Of a DNA stretch of 64,000 bases, positions 15,855-28,380 are shown in pieces (position 1 is the stretch's first letter; every line of letters begins with the position of its first letter). The DNA is taken from positions 15,128,001-15,192,000 of the forward strand of contig OX597814.1 in the NCBI GenBank assembly GCA_951406725.2, in the 5' to 3' direction. The stretch comes from Octopus vulgaris. Its lineage: Eukaryota. The notes under the pieces were generated by a model. It was not told the origin of the DNA and searched no databases. It worked only from the letters and a program-made list of their open reading frames with translations. The translations under genes and the position numbers were made by a program.

Positions 15855-16080
15855 CTTTACTACCCACAAGGGGCTAAACACAGAGAGGACAAACAAGGAC
15901 AGACAAAGGAATTAAGTCGATTATATCAACCCCAGTGCGTAACTGGTACTTAATTTATCGACCCCGAAAGGATGAAAGGCAAAGTCGACCTCGGCAGAAT
16001 TTGAACTCGGAACGTAACGACAGACGAAATACGGCTACGCATGTCGCCCGGCGTGCTAACGTTTCTACCAGCTCGCTGCC
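15851..16080 (-). mobile_element. SINE family A, full copy
   Basis: Complete head-core-tail between (TA)n tracts. Confidence 0.88.
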
Positions 16081-16099
16081 TATATTGCTGTATCAACTA

Positions 16100-16428
<329 letters not shown>

Positions 16429-16692
16429 CGTCCATCTCTTTCTTCTCTCAATGTACATTGAGAGAAGAGATGGACGCTTCAATTCTATGCTGTTGCCGCA
16501 TTATGTCGTACGCGAATGAGAGGATTTGCATCCCCAACCAAGAATTTTTGATGTAACACATGTCCTTGTGGAAGCTGTTGTGCGCGGCTGAAGAAGGCCA
16601 CAGACATACATTATGCATTGTTATAAATCTGTCTAATAAAGGCCCGAAACATATGTACCGCTGAATCCTTGGCATCATGTTTTTATTTTGAT

Positions 16693-16746
<54 letters not shown>

Positions 16747-17564
16747 GGAGAATGGGGGAGAGCGGTATATAGGTGGATATATATAGAGATAAATAGATTG
16801 CTAGATAGACAGACAGACACATTAGTTTAGTTTTTTGCTTATTATTTATTGGAGTGCAGCCATGCTGGAGCACCGCTTTAGATTACTTTGTTGATTAATT
16901 CAACCCAGACATGGTTTACTTTAAAGTCTTTAAATAATTAAAGGTTCAGCAATGGTTACCAGTAGAATAATTATTATCATACTGGTCACGTTTGGTGAAA
17001 CTTAAGATTACATTAATCAACAAAAAGTGATGCTCATACAAACGGATTTTTACACAAAAAATTGACCACAGCGCATTTGTCGGTCCGATGCTCAATTAAG
17101 GGACACTTTCTTCAAGCTATCTCACACTGGATCTGAACCTGAAATCATTGGGTTTTGAACTGACTTCTTAATTGCACAGCCCTGCCTCTGCCTTGTGAGT
17201 GTATGTGAATGTGCGTGTGTGTGTGCACGTGTGTCTGTGTGTGTTTGTTGTTTATCGGTAGGAATGTGTCCATCTGAGTGAGTGTGTGTGTGTGGGTGTG
17301 GTTGTGGGTGTTTGTCTTTGCATATTAATATAGTGAATTTGAATCTCAAGAGACTCAAATTAATAGATAGGGGTTTCTGAAGGGATTAAAATCAAGAGAA
17401 TGAAATAAAATTAGGCGATACTCAAAGACACGAGAACTTATATAATCTTTCACAAATCGTGATTAAGAATTTTACCATATTTTGTGTTTTATCTTTTCAC
17501 ACAGAGAAATTAACCGCTTTTTTATTGTGAAGATTCATGAAGAAAGAATATCTGGCAATCGGTG

Positions 17565-17762
17565 CACCGCAGGCGAAGTGCATTAGATTACCATGTTAAT
17601 TTCGCATAGAAATTAATGCACTTCAGTTATGCGTACTCCATTGCGAAGGTGAAGCCGAACTCACGCCTATTAATTGCGAGATCAGAAGCTGAATTCAAGC
17701 CGTAAATGCATCAATTTCCATGCGAAATTAAAATGCTAATCTAATGCATCTCGCTTATGGTG
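17565..17762. repeat. Imperfect inverted repeat, MITE-like
   Basis: gcgaagtgcattagattaccatgttaatttcgcatagaaattaatgca versus tgcatcaatttccatgcgaaattaaaatgctaatctaatgcatctcgc. Confidence 0.7.
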
Positions 17763-18062
17763 GGGAGGTTGTCTCTCCTGTCAGTTAAATAAAAGATGCG
17801 TTTTCTTTGTCTAAGGAGTCTCTGACACTTATTTTTAGCAATGCCGTGCTCCCTGAACCCTGGGCTACATGTTAGCGCCGGTGAATTATTTCATTTTCGG
17901 TTTTAAATTGCGTCTAGCCACTGATTCCTATGGTAAAATATATAAGTACTGACAAGCGAGAGCCTAGCCTCACCTTCGGTGACTGATTAGCATTACTGAA
18001 AAGCATCAGTTTCAGAGATAGTGAATTACATATATATTCTTTTATTCTATATTTTATATATA

Positions 18063-18256
18063 TTCTTTCAGTTGTTTCAACCATTTCACTGCGGCTATGC
18101 TGGAGCATCGCTATTAGTCGAAGATATCAACCCCAGGACCTATTCTTTGTAAACCTAGTTCTTATTCTATCCGCCTCTCTTGCCGAACCACTAAGTTACA
18201 CACCAAAATTTGTTGTCACGCGATGGTAGGGGGACGAACAGACACGCAAATACATA
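18063..18256 (-). mobile_element. SINE family C, 3' part
   Basis: Matches the reverse complement of 52430-52620. Confidence 0.75.
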
Positions 18257-18441
18257 CAGTTCTATATTTAAGAGATGAAGAATTAGGTACATTATTTACA
18301 TTATTTACATTTGACGGATATTTGTCCTCATCTTGTTTATTGTCAACAACGCTTTGGCTGATTTAGCCACAAGCATATGGCATAGTGGTTAAGAGCGCGG
18401 GCTACTAACCTCAAGAATCCGTGTTCGATTCCAGGCATTGA

Positions 18442-18513
<72 letters not shown>

Positions 18514-18728
18514 CAACAAAAACAACAACAACAACAACAACAAAAACAACAGCAATAATAATAATAATAACAATAACATCAAAAAATATCTTAGGAATGA
18601 GAAGCCAGGTTCAAAATTTCTTCAAGACACCTTATGAAGGCTGGAAGGTATATCAGCCAAAACGTTGTGTTAACAACTAACAAGATGATGACAAATATTC
18701 TTCAAATGCAAATAACGTGAATAATGTA
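18257..18728 (+). mobile_element. tRNA-headed element with degenerate hammerhead-like tail and 5' inverted arm (copy 1)
   Basis: Inverted arm 18257-18362; A-box tggcatagtgg 18378-88; B-box gttcgattcc 18423-32; (AAT)/(AAC)n; tail gacac-cttatga-aggctg..cagcc-aaaacgtt-gtgtt at 18626-18672. Confidence 0.8.
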
Positions 18729-18769
18729 CGCAAATACATACATTCATACATACATACATACATATATAT

Positions 18770-18920
18770 GTTTCTTTATTACCCACAAGGGGCTAAACAC
18801 AGAGGGGACAAACAAGGACAAAGGGATTAAGTCGATTACATCGACCCCAGTGCGAAACTGGTACTTTATTTATCGACCCCGAAAGGATGAAAGGCAAAGT
18901 CAAACTCGGCGGAATTTGAA
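18770..18920 (-). mobile_element. SINE family A, 5'-truncated
   Basis: Tail and core present, head missing. Confidence 0.8.
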
Positions 18921-19534
18921 TACATACATATATATACGACGGGCTTCTTTCAACAATGAACACAATATAGCACAAATTAGCATCAATATTGCATGCATAT
19001 TAGCATATAAATTAGCATAGATATTAGCGTACAAATAGCAAATATATTGCAAAATATGCTTGGAATAGACACAAAATAGCAAAATTCAAGGCATCCCACA
19101 GCACGTACTCAGGCTCACAGAAATATGCTTGGTTATGTAATTTAATCATGCAGTAAAACTAAAGAAAAGACTTATAACAAATAGTTTTAATATTCTTCAG
19201 GAGTGCAAGTTAAATTCCGATGAAACTTTATGATGAGAACTAGACAGATATCAATAACCTTCCTCAGTCGTTCTATAAATAGATATTAAACTGAGGTATT
19301 TTGACAGACAAATTTATAAAAAAGGTAAAACTGCACTGTATTGCTGTATCAAAATTTTTAACAAAAAAAAAACAAAAAAACCATATACAACCATTAAATC
19401 TGTGAATCTGCTTCTTCTCTTCGTCTTGACGTAAGATAAAGACTGGCAACGTTTAAGTGGAGAATTTCGAGTAAGTGAAGATAACTACATCTGCATTATT
19501 TTGAAACAATTTATTTAACGTCAACATACAACAG

Positions 19535-19641
<107 letters not shown>

Positions 19642-19642
19642 G

Positions 19643-19675
<33 letters not shown>

Positions 19676-20309
19676 TACATATTATATACATATATTATAT
19701 GTTATAAACATAGAGAGAGAGTGAGAGAGAGAAATGAGAAATATAGAGGGTAGAGATAGAAATATGTACATATATATATATATATATGATATATTTATTT
19801 ATTTGTAAATATACATGCATACCTACATATATTTATTCATACACATGCGCGCGCACAAGCATACACAAGCATATGTATGTATATGTATGTATGTAGGTAT
19901 GTATGGCTGCATAATTGCATGTATGTGACTGTAGGAGTAGGAGGAGATAGAGAGATTGTGGGTTATAAGATATATAAACTGTGAATTTGAAAGTATGAGG
20001 TAGAGGGCGAGAGACAGAGACAGAAACAGAGAGAAAGAGAGGAGGAGAAACAGATCAAACATAGAAGAAAAAGAGAAGTTAGCTACCGTAATATAGAAAG
20101 TGATCGAGATGCCAAATGAAGGAGGATAGACAAACGATAAGAGTGTGACAGAGATATATATATTTATATTGAAAGAGGCTTATATATAACTGTGTTGATC
20201 GTTCCTCCGTATTTTAATATCGTTCCTAGTGACGTATATATTATGATTTAACTTCCTCGAAGAGAAAGTATAACAAAACAGAAACATAACAGAAAAAAAT
20301 AACAGTTCT

Positions 20310-20747
20310 TCAATTTTCTGCATCGAGAATGCCTAGCCTCTGTCCAAGCCATAAGCATTTCGCTTTTACTTCCTCTTGCATTAGGTCAAAACACATAGCT
20401 ATTAACGCCAGTCCGAAAACTAGGTACAACGCACAGAGTATAAGTTTTTCTTGATTTTTCCACGAATCATGGCTAGTTCCAGGAACAAAGTCCCCAAATC
20501 CGATGGTACTTAATGTAATAAAACAAAAGTAGGATCCAATTAAATAATCCCAGTCTTGCTCCCAGAGAGTAAATAGCATCGCTCCTCCGAATATGTAAAT
20601 AGCTATTAGCATAATGCTAACGAGTATTGGTACTCGTGTTCCCTCTTTGGCTTTTTGGTTGATATTTCTATCGTCATAGTCACCGTTATCAGAATCTTGT
20701 GCGATTATATCACCTTGGTCTCCACGTAAGGGTTCCTGGACTTCTTC
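20310..20747 (-). CDS. K2P (TWiK/KCNK-family) potassium channel, last coding exon (M2-M3 linker, M3, P2, M4, stop)
   Basis: Acceptor ttttctttttcag|GAA at 20748/20747; 438-nt open frame EEVQEPL...TRVPILVSIMLIAIYIFGGAMLFTLWEQDWDYLIGSYFCFITLSTIGFGDFVPG...LYLVFGLALIAMCFDLMQEE...DAEN*. Confidence 0.96.
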   Translation of the reverse strand, partial: EEVQEPLRGDQGDIIAQDSDNGDYDDRNINQKAKEGTRVPILVSIMLIAIYIFGGAMLFTLWEQDWDYLIGSYFCFITLSTIGFGDFVPGTSHDSWKNQEKLILCALYLVFGLALIAMCFDLMQEEVKAKCLWLGQRLGILDAEN

Positions 20748-21816
20748 CTGAAAAAGAAAATAAACAAAAAGAAATAGTAGGTTTATAATTTCAATGTATA
20801 CGGGAAAATAATTCTAGCTTGTGTATTACTTATGTTAATTTTAACGTCTTTGGATGGAAACAAAGCTACTGACAAATATGTTGTCACATATCGGCATTTC
20901 TGAACCATACCTGGTCTCTCGGTCTACTAAATACAGCACTTTAATCCCCCCTTATTAATTCATTCTTTTGAGCATAGAAAGGCTATATTTGAAAATTGAA
21001 CCATATGTACCAAATCTGATGATGGTCAAATCTGAAACCCATGTGATCATAAGTTCACAGAATTTAGGGTGATTTGGGACTGCACAACAAGAGCAATAAT
21101 TACGACAGCAATAGTAACTACATTAAAAAACAACACATAAAGACTTAAAGATACTTTGCAAAGTGATTAGTTCTCTAAACGAAGTGAAGTAAAATTAATT
21201 TTTACTAAACTTGTGAACTAATTTTCTCTCTATATTGGTAAATATTTTCTCTAAATGAAAAGCGCTCAAAGGTAAATTTGGTAATATTCTCCAGCATAGT
21301 ATTTTAGGTTTCGTAAACGTTCACGTGAATAAAAGACAGTTTAACATCAGCACTCAGTTTCCTTTCTATAATTAATAATTCTGATATTTAACAATAATAG
21401 CTTCCGTTCAATTTGAAGAGAACTGGAATACAGTTGAGTTGTTACGACACTAGATTAAGTACTGAATTTGTTTCCTTTTATTATTGTACATGGTTCATTC
21501 ACATTTAGACAACATTGACTTCAACTTTAACTCCAATGAATATATAAATTGCTGATTGTTTTGCTTAGGTAAGCTCCAAATGAGAAGATCTGCGAATAAA
21601 TAAATTCACCAATTAAGATGAAGACCATCTCAGCTTATTTTCAGATTATTAAAATACAAAGTTCCTTAGGCTTACGTTTACCTTAATAAAATTTGTTATT
21701 ATTCGTAATTACTGCTTGAGGCGATCATTCCAGTCTTCGCTGCTCGTCAATTCAACAAATTGTCAAAGTACCTGCCGCACTCCGATACATTTGTGGTCGA
21801 CTATGTGGCAGTAGGG

Positions 21817-22128
21817 TGGAGGCACATGGTCTAGTAGTTAGAGCAGCGGATTTGCGGTCGATGGATCACGGGTTCGTATCTCAGACTGGGCGATGTGTGT
21901 GTTTTTGAGCGAAAACACCTAAGCTCCACGCAGCTCAGACAGAAGGTAATGACGAACTTCTGCTGATTCTTTCGCCACAACTTTCTCTCACTCTTTCCTC
22001 CTGCATCTTGCAGCTCACCTGCGACAGACAGCGTCCCAAACAGGTGGGGAACCCTATACGCCAAAGAAACCGGGAAACCGGCCTTATGAGCCAGGGATGG
22101 ATTGAGAAGGAACAAAAAACAAACAACA
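21817..22128 (+). mobile_element. SINE family B, short-tail variant, with TSD
   Basis: tRNA-like head ggaggcacatggtctagtagttagagcagcgga...ggttcgtatc; TSD atgtggcagt at 21803-12 and 22129-38; (CAA)-like tail. Confidence 0.9.
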
Positions 22129-22835
22129 ATGTGGCAGTGGAGACCTCCAGCTTTCTTGGCCCTCAGACTACATCTCTGCTCACTACTATCGGAGCGAGCT
22201 TCGTGACTCGGAGTGGCCGTTCCAACACATCATCGTGAAAATCCGAAGCACCTTCTTTCAGATTTTCTCCTCAGTGACCATTAAACGGATTGGCAAGTCT
22301 TATGTCTTTTTAATATAATGACTACGAGCATAGTATTCCAATCCCTGTTGTAGTTTGGTCCAATTTGCAATAACAATAATATTTCTGTTCAACAAATACT
22401 TTTTTCACCCGAGACTCACTCCATCCAACCACATCATTAATCTATTGAATTAGACGCCAGATAATCATTACTTATAAATGATTAAGATCATTATAAGTAG
22501 TAGCTATAAATAGCCATGAAACTATATTACCGTGGGAATAAGGGTTGAGTGTGGGACTTTTGATGATCAGTTAGGTTTGAAACCAGTCAAATTAATCTCT
22601 CTTTTACAGTCTGAAGAAGAGTCAATAACAGCCATTTCTTTACATTTGTGCACCTCTTACACTATATATTAAAACTTATTAAGGACTACCTGAATATATA
22701 TTTAAAATTCGTTGTTTAATCCAGTAATATTATAGTATAAACAGTTAGTAAAGCTTCATGTATGAAAATTAAAGCAGCGGATTTTGTGAGGGAACATAGC
22801 TACGATGTTGTATTATGTATAATATTTGGTAGTAG

Positions 22836-23139
22836 TGGAGGCACATGGCCTAGTGGTTAGAGCAGCTGACTCGCGGTCGAGGGATCGCAGGTTCAAATCT
22901 CAGACCAGGCGATGTGTGTGTTTATGAGCGAAACATCTAAGCTCCACGCGGCTCTGGCAGAAGGTAATGGCGAATTCTGCTGACTCTTTCGCCACAAATT
23001 TCTCTCACTCTTTCCTCCTGCATTTTGCAGCTCACCTGCGACGGACCGGCGTCCCGTCCAGGTGGGGCACCAATACGCCAAGGAAACCGGGAATCCGGCC
23101 CTATGAGCCAGGCATGGCTTGTGAAGGAACAAACAACAA
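22836..23139 (+). mobile_element. SINE family B, short-tail variant, with TSD
   Basis: A-box tggcctagtgg, B-box ggttcaaatc; TSD atttggtag(t/c)a at 22824-34 and 23140-50. Confidence 0.9.
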
Positions 23140-23436
23140 ATTTGGTAGCAACAATGGAAAGGTTAACTTATGATGAACTGATTTTAATAGCAAAGCATTT
23201 AAAATAACCTCTTTGAAATACGACACATTGATAACTTGATATCATGAATATATTAGTGATTTGCTTTTTCTTATTTTACGACAAATACTAGAGACAACGC
23301 CAAACATGTACTGATGATAATATGATTTTTAATTCTCCATGCATGAGGTAAGGTAATATTGAATTGCATATCATTTTATAAGTAGATTAGTGACTCTGAA
23401 TGTGTTATATAAGCAAAACTTAAAATATAACATCAA

Positions 23437-23800
23437 AGCTTGCGTCTCAAGCACATAGTACCAGGTTCAGTCCCACTGCATGTCACCTTGGGCAATACTA
23501 TAACGTTGGGCCTTGTGAGTGTATTTGGTAGAAGGAAACCGAAAGAAGACCGTCGTATGCGTGTGTGTGTGTAAATGTGCGTGTGTGTGTGTCTGTGTGT
23601 GTGTGTAAATGTGTGTGTGTTTGTGTTTCTGTCCTTCCACCATCACTTGATAACCGGTGTTGGTATGTTTATGTTCTCGTCACATTGCGGTTCGACAAAA
23701 GGGATTGATAGAATAAGTGATAGTCTTAACAAAATGAGTATTGTTGGCGATGCACTGCACCAAAATTCTTCAAGACGGTGTCCCAATATGGCTGCAGACT
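23437..23800 (+). mobile_element. SINE family C, diverged
   Basis: 'ggttcagtcccactgcatgtcaccttgggcaa', internal (TG)n, homologous to 52227-52620. Confidence 0.75.
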
Positions 23801-24432
23801 AATATTTTGAATAAGAAATAGGCAAAAGATGGAAGATAAAATACATGTGTGTATGGTGTGTGTGTGTGTGTGTGTGTTGTGTATGTGTGTGTGTGTGTGT
23901 TTGTGAGTGTGTGTGTGTGTATGTGTTTGTGTGTGTGAAGATGTGTAAACATATTAATAGATTTCTGCAGTTAAAAAGAGATTTGGCGATAGTTGTCAGA
24001 CTGAGAGACAAGTAAGAAAGACCGCTGTCGACTACTTTAAAAAATGTAGATGCCTTTTTGTAATTTGACCTTCTTGGAGTTTGAAACAGGGTTGAAACCT
24101 GGACTGGAATCAATGAAAACTATCCTCTTATATACATTTTGAGCACATCTAACTAAAAGAGGAGTCAATCCAACCAGCTGAAAGCTTGGTAGTCTCCCTC
24201 TATAGCTACTGTGTCGGAAATCGTAAAATGCGATATTTTTAACACTATATTAAATGCGGAATTTCAAATTAATCCAGGTTTTGTTGCAAGTGTGATTATG
24301 AGAATTTTCTGCTTAGTGAAAGGAAGTCAAGGAAATAAATTGGAATTTATATCCCACATTACCACCTGTAAAAGAATCATTTATATGTCAGAAAAGAAAT
24401 CATTTTCGATTATTAAGAAGGTAAACTCTTAC

Positions 24433-24668
24433 CGAATTTGTTCTATTGTTTGGACGATAACGGATGGGTTTCCTAGGTTGTGGTGAATCACTCTTGAAGC
24501 AGAGATAGCACAAGAAGCGACAGGCATGTTTGTAGAAGCACCGAAAACCAGTGCCAAATACTGAGCCAAGGTTGGCTAGACAGAGCAGTGTTAAAGGAAT
24601 GCCAACAAGCGCATAGAATATCGTTACGATGCGGCCATAGGCTGTTTTGGGCGCAATATGACCATAAC
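24433..24668 (-). CDS. K2P potassium channel internal exon (end of P1 filter, M2)
   Basis: Acceptor tttcag|GT at 24669/24668, donor TCG|gtaaga at 24433/24432; 236 nt = 2 nt + 78 codons: (G)[57 protein letters not shown]...NRTNS. Ends in phase 0, matching the 20747 exon. Confidence 0.96.
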
Positions 24669-24861
24669 CTGAAATTTGTCAAATAAAACAACAATATTGA
24701 AAGAGTGTAATAAAAAGGGACATAGATTATATTTTTTAAAAATCATAGTGTCACTATTTATATGAATTGTTAAAACCTCTACATTTGGTTATCACTTTTA
24801 AAAGAGTCTGGTTTCGAAAACAAGTTGCTTATGTCCACTGTTATTTATAAAAAAAATTTTT

Positions 24862-25081
24862 CAGTTCTATATTTAAGAGATGAGAAATTATATACATTAT
24901 TTTCATTATTTACATTATTTACATTCGATGGATATTTGTCATCTTGTTTGTTGTTAACACAACGTTTCGGCTGATATACTCTCCAGCCTTCTTCAGCCCA
25001 CGCGCATATGGCGTAGTAGTTAAGAGCGCCGGCTACTAACACCAAGATTCCGAGTACGATTACAAGTAGTGACCTGAACAC

Positions 25082-25158
<77 letters not shown>

Positions 25159-25322
25159 TCGAAATCGAAAAATATCTTAGGAATGAGAACCCAGGTTGGA
25201 AATTTCCCCAAGACACCTGAAGAAGGCTGGATGGTATATCAGCCGAAACGTTGTGTTAACAACAAACAAGATGAGGACAAATATCCGTCGAATGTAAATA
25301 ATGTAAATAATGAAAATAATGT
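24862..25322 (+). mobile_element. tRNA-headed element with hammerhead-motif tail and 5' inverted arm (copy 2)
   Basis: Inverted arm 24862-24996; tRNA-like head ~25002-25075; (AAT)n 25083-25156; tail 25157-25322. Confidence 0.85.
25212..25257 (+). ncRNA. Minimal type I hammerhead ribozyme motif (Penelope-type)
   Basis: Stem I gacac/gtgtt; core CTGAAGA 25217-23; extra A; stem II ggctg/cagcc; GAAA 25245-48; palindromic stem III aacgtt with GUU cleavage triplet. Activity untested. Confidence 0.7.
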
Positions 25323-25894
25323 TCTTTTTTTTTTGTTTAACTCTAGGTCAGCTTTGATGAAACATACCACACATTCTCTCTTTTCATGTATTGGGTATCT
25401 TCGTTTATATTGTATAGTGTGTGTTTTGTCTGCTAAGGTGGTGGAGTGTGATTTGAGAGAAGTTTGGTTGCCTTCTATATAATGAGTTAGTATGTGACAT
25501 ATTGCCTGACTCTTAACGTGTGACGTTTGTGGAATTTTATAGATGAGTTGGTCTGTTATTTAGAGCAAAGCACACCAGTCTTTGATTTGTAGTAGTATTC
25601 TAGAAAACTACATATGCTGCTTTTTTCTCCTTAGAGCATGTCTGAATAAATTGACTCACCTCCCACCCCTCTATTTCTCTTCCTCCAAGCTTTACATAAT
25701 GCACTGAACAATGCTTCATTTCCAACAGTGTAAGTTATTTACACTTATGTTGTAGTATACACATACATACATACATACATAACACACACATACACACACA
25801 CACACACAAACACCCCACACACACACAAACACACAACCCCCCCCACACACATACATAAATATGTATGTATACATATATAGATTGGTAGCCACTA

Positions 25895-26042
25895 CACACA
25901 TTTTTTTCTCTCCTCGTTTCTTTCTGTGGAAGAGCGTAGGCTAGAAACGTAAAAGACTTTTTCAATTCCCGAGCGTTATACTAATACATCTGTTTGTTTT
26001 CTACACCACCTCTCTTCGTCTTTTGTTGTTTTCGTAAATTCT

Positions 26043-26046
<4 letters not shown>
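25895..26046 (+). mobile_element. Penelope-like terminal fragment with hammerhead-like motif
   Basis: tcttt-ctgtgga-agagcgtaggct-agaaacgta-aaaga; second copy at 63690-63848; ends against (TA)n. Confidence 0.55.
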
Positions 26047-26111
<65 letters not shown>

Positions 26112-26113
26112 TG

Positions 26114-26153
<40 letters not shown>

Positions 26154-26166
26154 TATCTATATCTAT

Positions 26167-26243
<77 letters not shown>

Positions 26244-27263
26244 CTTCCTAGACACATACCTTGCTTTTCGTCCGTAATAGGATACATTACATAACACCCG
26301 CACTAAATGTGGTAGTTTCGAAAGTCCCTGTCACTTAACAGATGAGAGTCATTATATGGAATATTTTAGTATTGATCTAATGAATACTTTTGAAATGACA
26401 AATAAAATCAGGATCTTATATTTTCGAAATATGAGGTAAAAGTCAGTTGGTTTCCAAAAAGATTTCTAACGTCAGACATTAGAAAAGCTTTTAAAAAATC
26501 TTTCGGCATTCAAGTGTTACTGCTTTAGTGGCACTTGTTGGATAATGCAATGTGAGTAATTTAATTCCCAACCCCCACTATCTTGCAAACACACTTATTT
26601 TGTTGTCTGCGTATCATCAATTATTTTAATTGTGAAAGACTTAGTTAATGAGCTAGATAAATATACATTAACTGATCAGAAGTTTATGTATAAATGTCAC
26701 CACTCTAAGAATATTTATCAATAACTTCTTAGTGGTTAATCAATTATAATAGATTTTTTAACAAAAATACTATAAAGATCGTTTTTGATTACTATTGCTA
26801 GACAACGAATGATATTAATGAAATAAGTTTTCTCAGAATCAATAAATCTTAGAATTAACAGTTGTAATCAACGTCACAGTTAAAATGTCATCAAATAAAT
26901 GGCATTGTATGTTTCTTTGGAATTTGCATAATTCTTGTTGAAGTCACGTAAGTTAATGATTCCAACGAAAATTAAATTGAATATATGATTTGTAAGAAGG
27001 TATTGCAAACAAACTATAGAAAATTATAGTAAAAAATTTGAAATTAAGAATTGATGCAAAAATACCTAGGAGTTAAATATCAAAATGTTTTTTGAAAAAC
27101 CGAAGTGCTTCGAGTCATTACAAATACAAAAAAATGTAAAATGTATCGAGGAAGTAATAGTAAAGATGCTGATGGTTGGGCTACGTATTTCGGTTCCAGA
27201 CTGGACGGACAATTTAATCCTTATCGCTGAAGGATAGAAATCTACGATCATCAAACACACACA

Positions 27264-27345
<82 letters not shown>

Positions 27346-28150
27346 AACGCACACACGAGTTCGCGCATGTCTATAAATACACACACGATGGATAATTTCG
27401 GTCTACGAAAATCAAGCAAGAAACTATTGGTGAAACTGTAATTAATATAGATGACACTTGCCCAGGCTACTTATTAAAGGGGTCGGATCCTTGACGACGT
27501 TATTCGCATGCCTGTTCTCCCTATATATACACACACATTCGCACATACATACATACATACATACATACATACATACATACATACATACATACATACATAC
27601 ATACATACAGACAGACAGACAGACAGATAAACGTTCATACGTATATAAAAAGCACAGATAAACCTACAAACATATATATGCGTATTTGAGTGTAAGTAAA
27701 TTTACATGCTTAGATGGAGGAAGATGGACGACCATGAAGAAAACGCTGGAAGATCGACCCCTTTAGGTTGCGATTCCGCCTACCAAGCAGGAAACCTTAC
27801 TCAGATTGTTGCTTTCATTACATTATAACATCGGTTTTGCCCCTCGCATAAAGCTAGAGTTTTTCCGTACATTTAAAATTTACATAAAATTTTGTAAAAT
27901 CAATAACTTAAACTATTCGTTTAATTCTGTTTCAGTGACTAAATTGATTGAAATATTTCAACAGATACGTGGTCCTAAAAGATGTATTTCGACATGATAC
28001 AGTTTGAAACTTCCTAAAACAGAAACTATAGTCCAAATTTTAAAAAATTAAGTAATATCTATCAGATATAACTACCATCCATCCCCTTTCAGTTAGTTTA
28101 TGTTACACAAGCAGACGGTAATTATGTTTAAAATTAGCACCTAATATATA

Positions 28151-28380
28151 TATTTCTTTACTACCCACAAGGGGCTAAACACAGAGGGGACAAACAAGGA
28201 CAGACAATGGGATTAAGTCGATTACATCGGGTCCAGTAGGTAACTGGTACTTAATTCATCGACCCCGAAAGGATGAAAGGCAATGTCGACCTCGGCGGAA
28301 TTTGAACTCACAACGTAACGACAGACGAAATACCGCTAAGCATTTCGCCCGGCGCGCTAACGTTTCTGCCAGCTCGCCGC
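28151..28380 (-). mobile_element. SINE family A, full copy with 17-bp TSD
   Basis: TSD ttagcacctaatatata at 28134-50 and 28384-400. Confidence 0.92.

Noticed and set aside
18372-18445. tRNA gene call for this and other tRNA-like heads
   Set aside because: No complete acceptor stem or poly-T terminator; always embedded in repeated SINE bodies.
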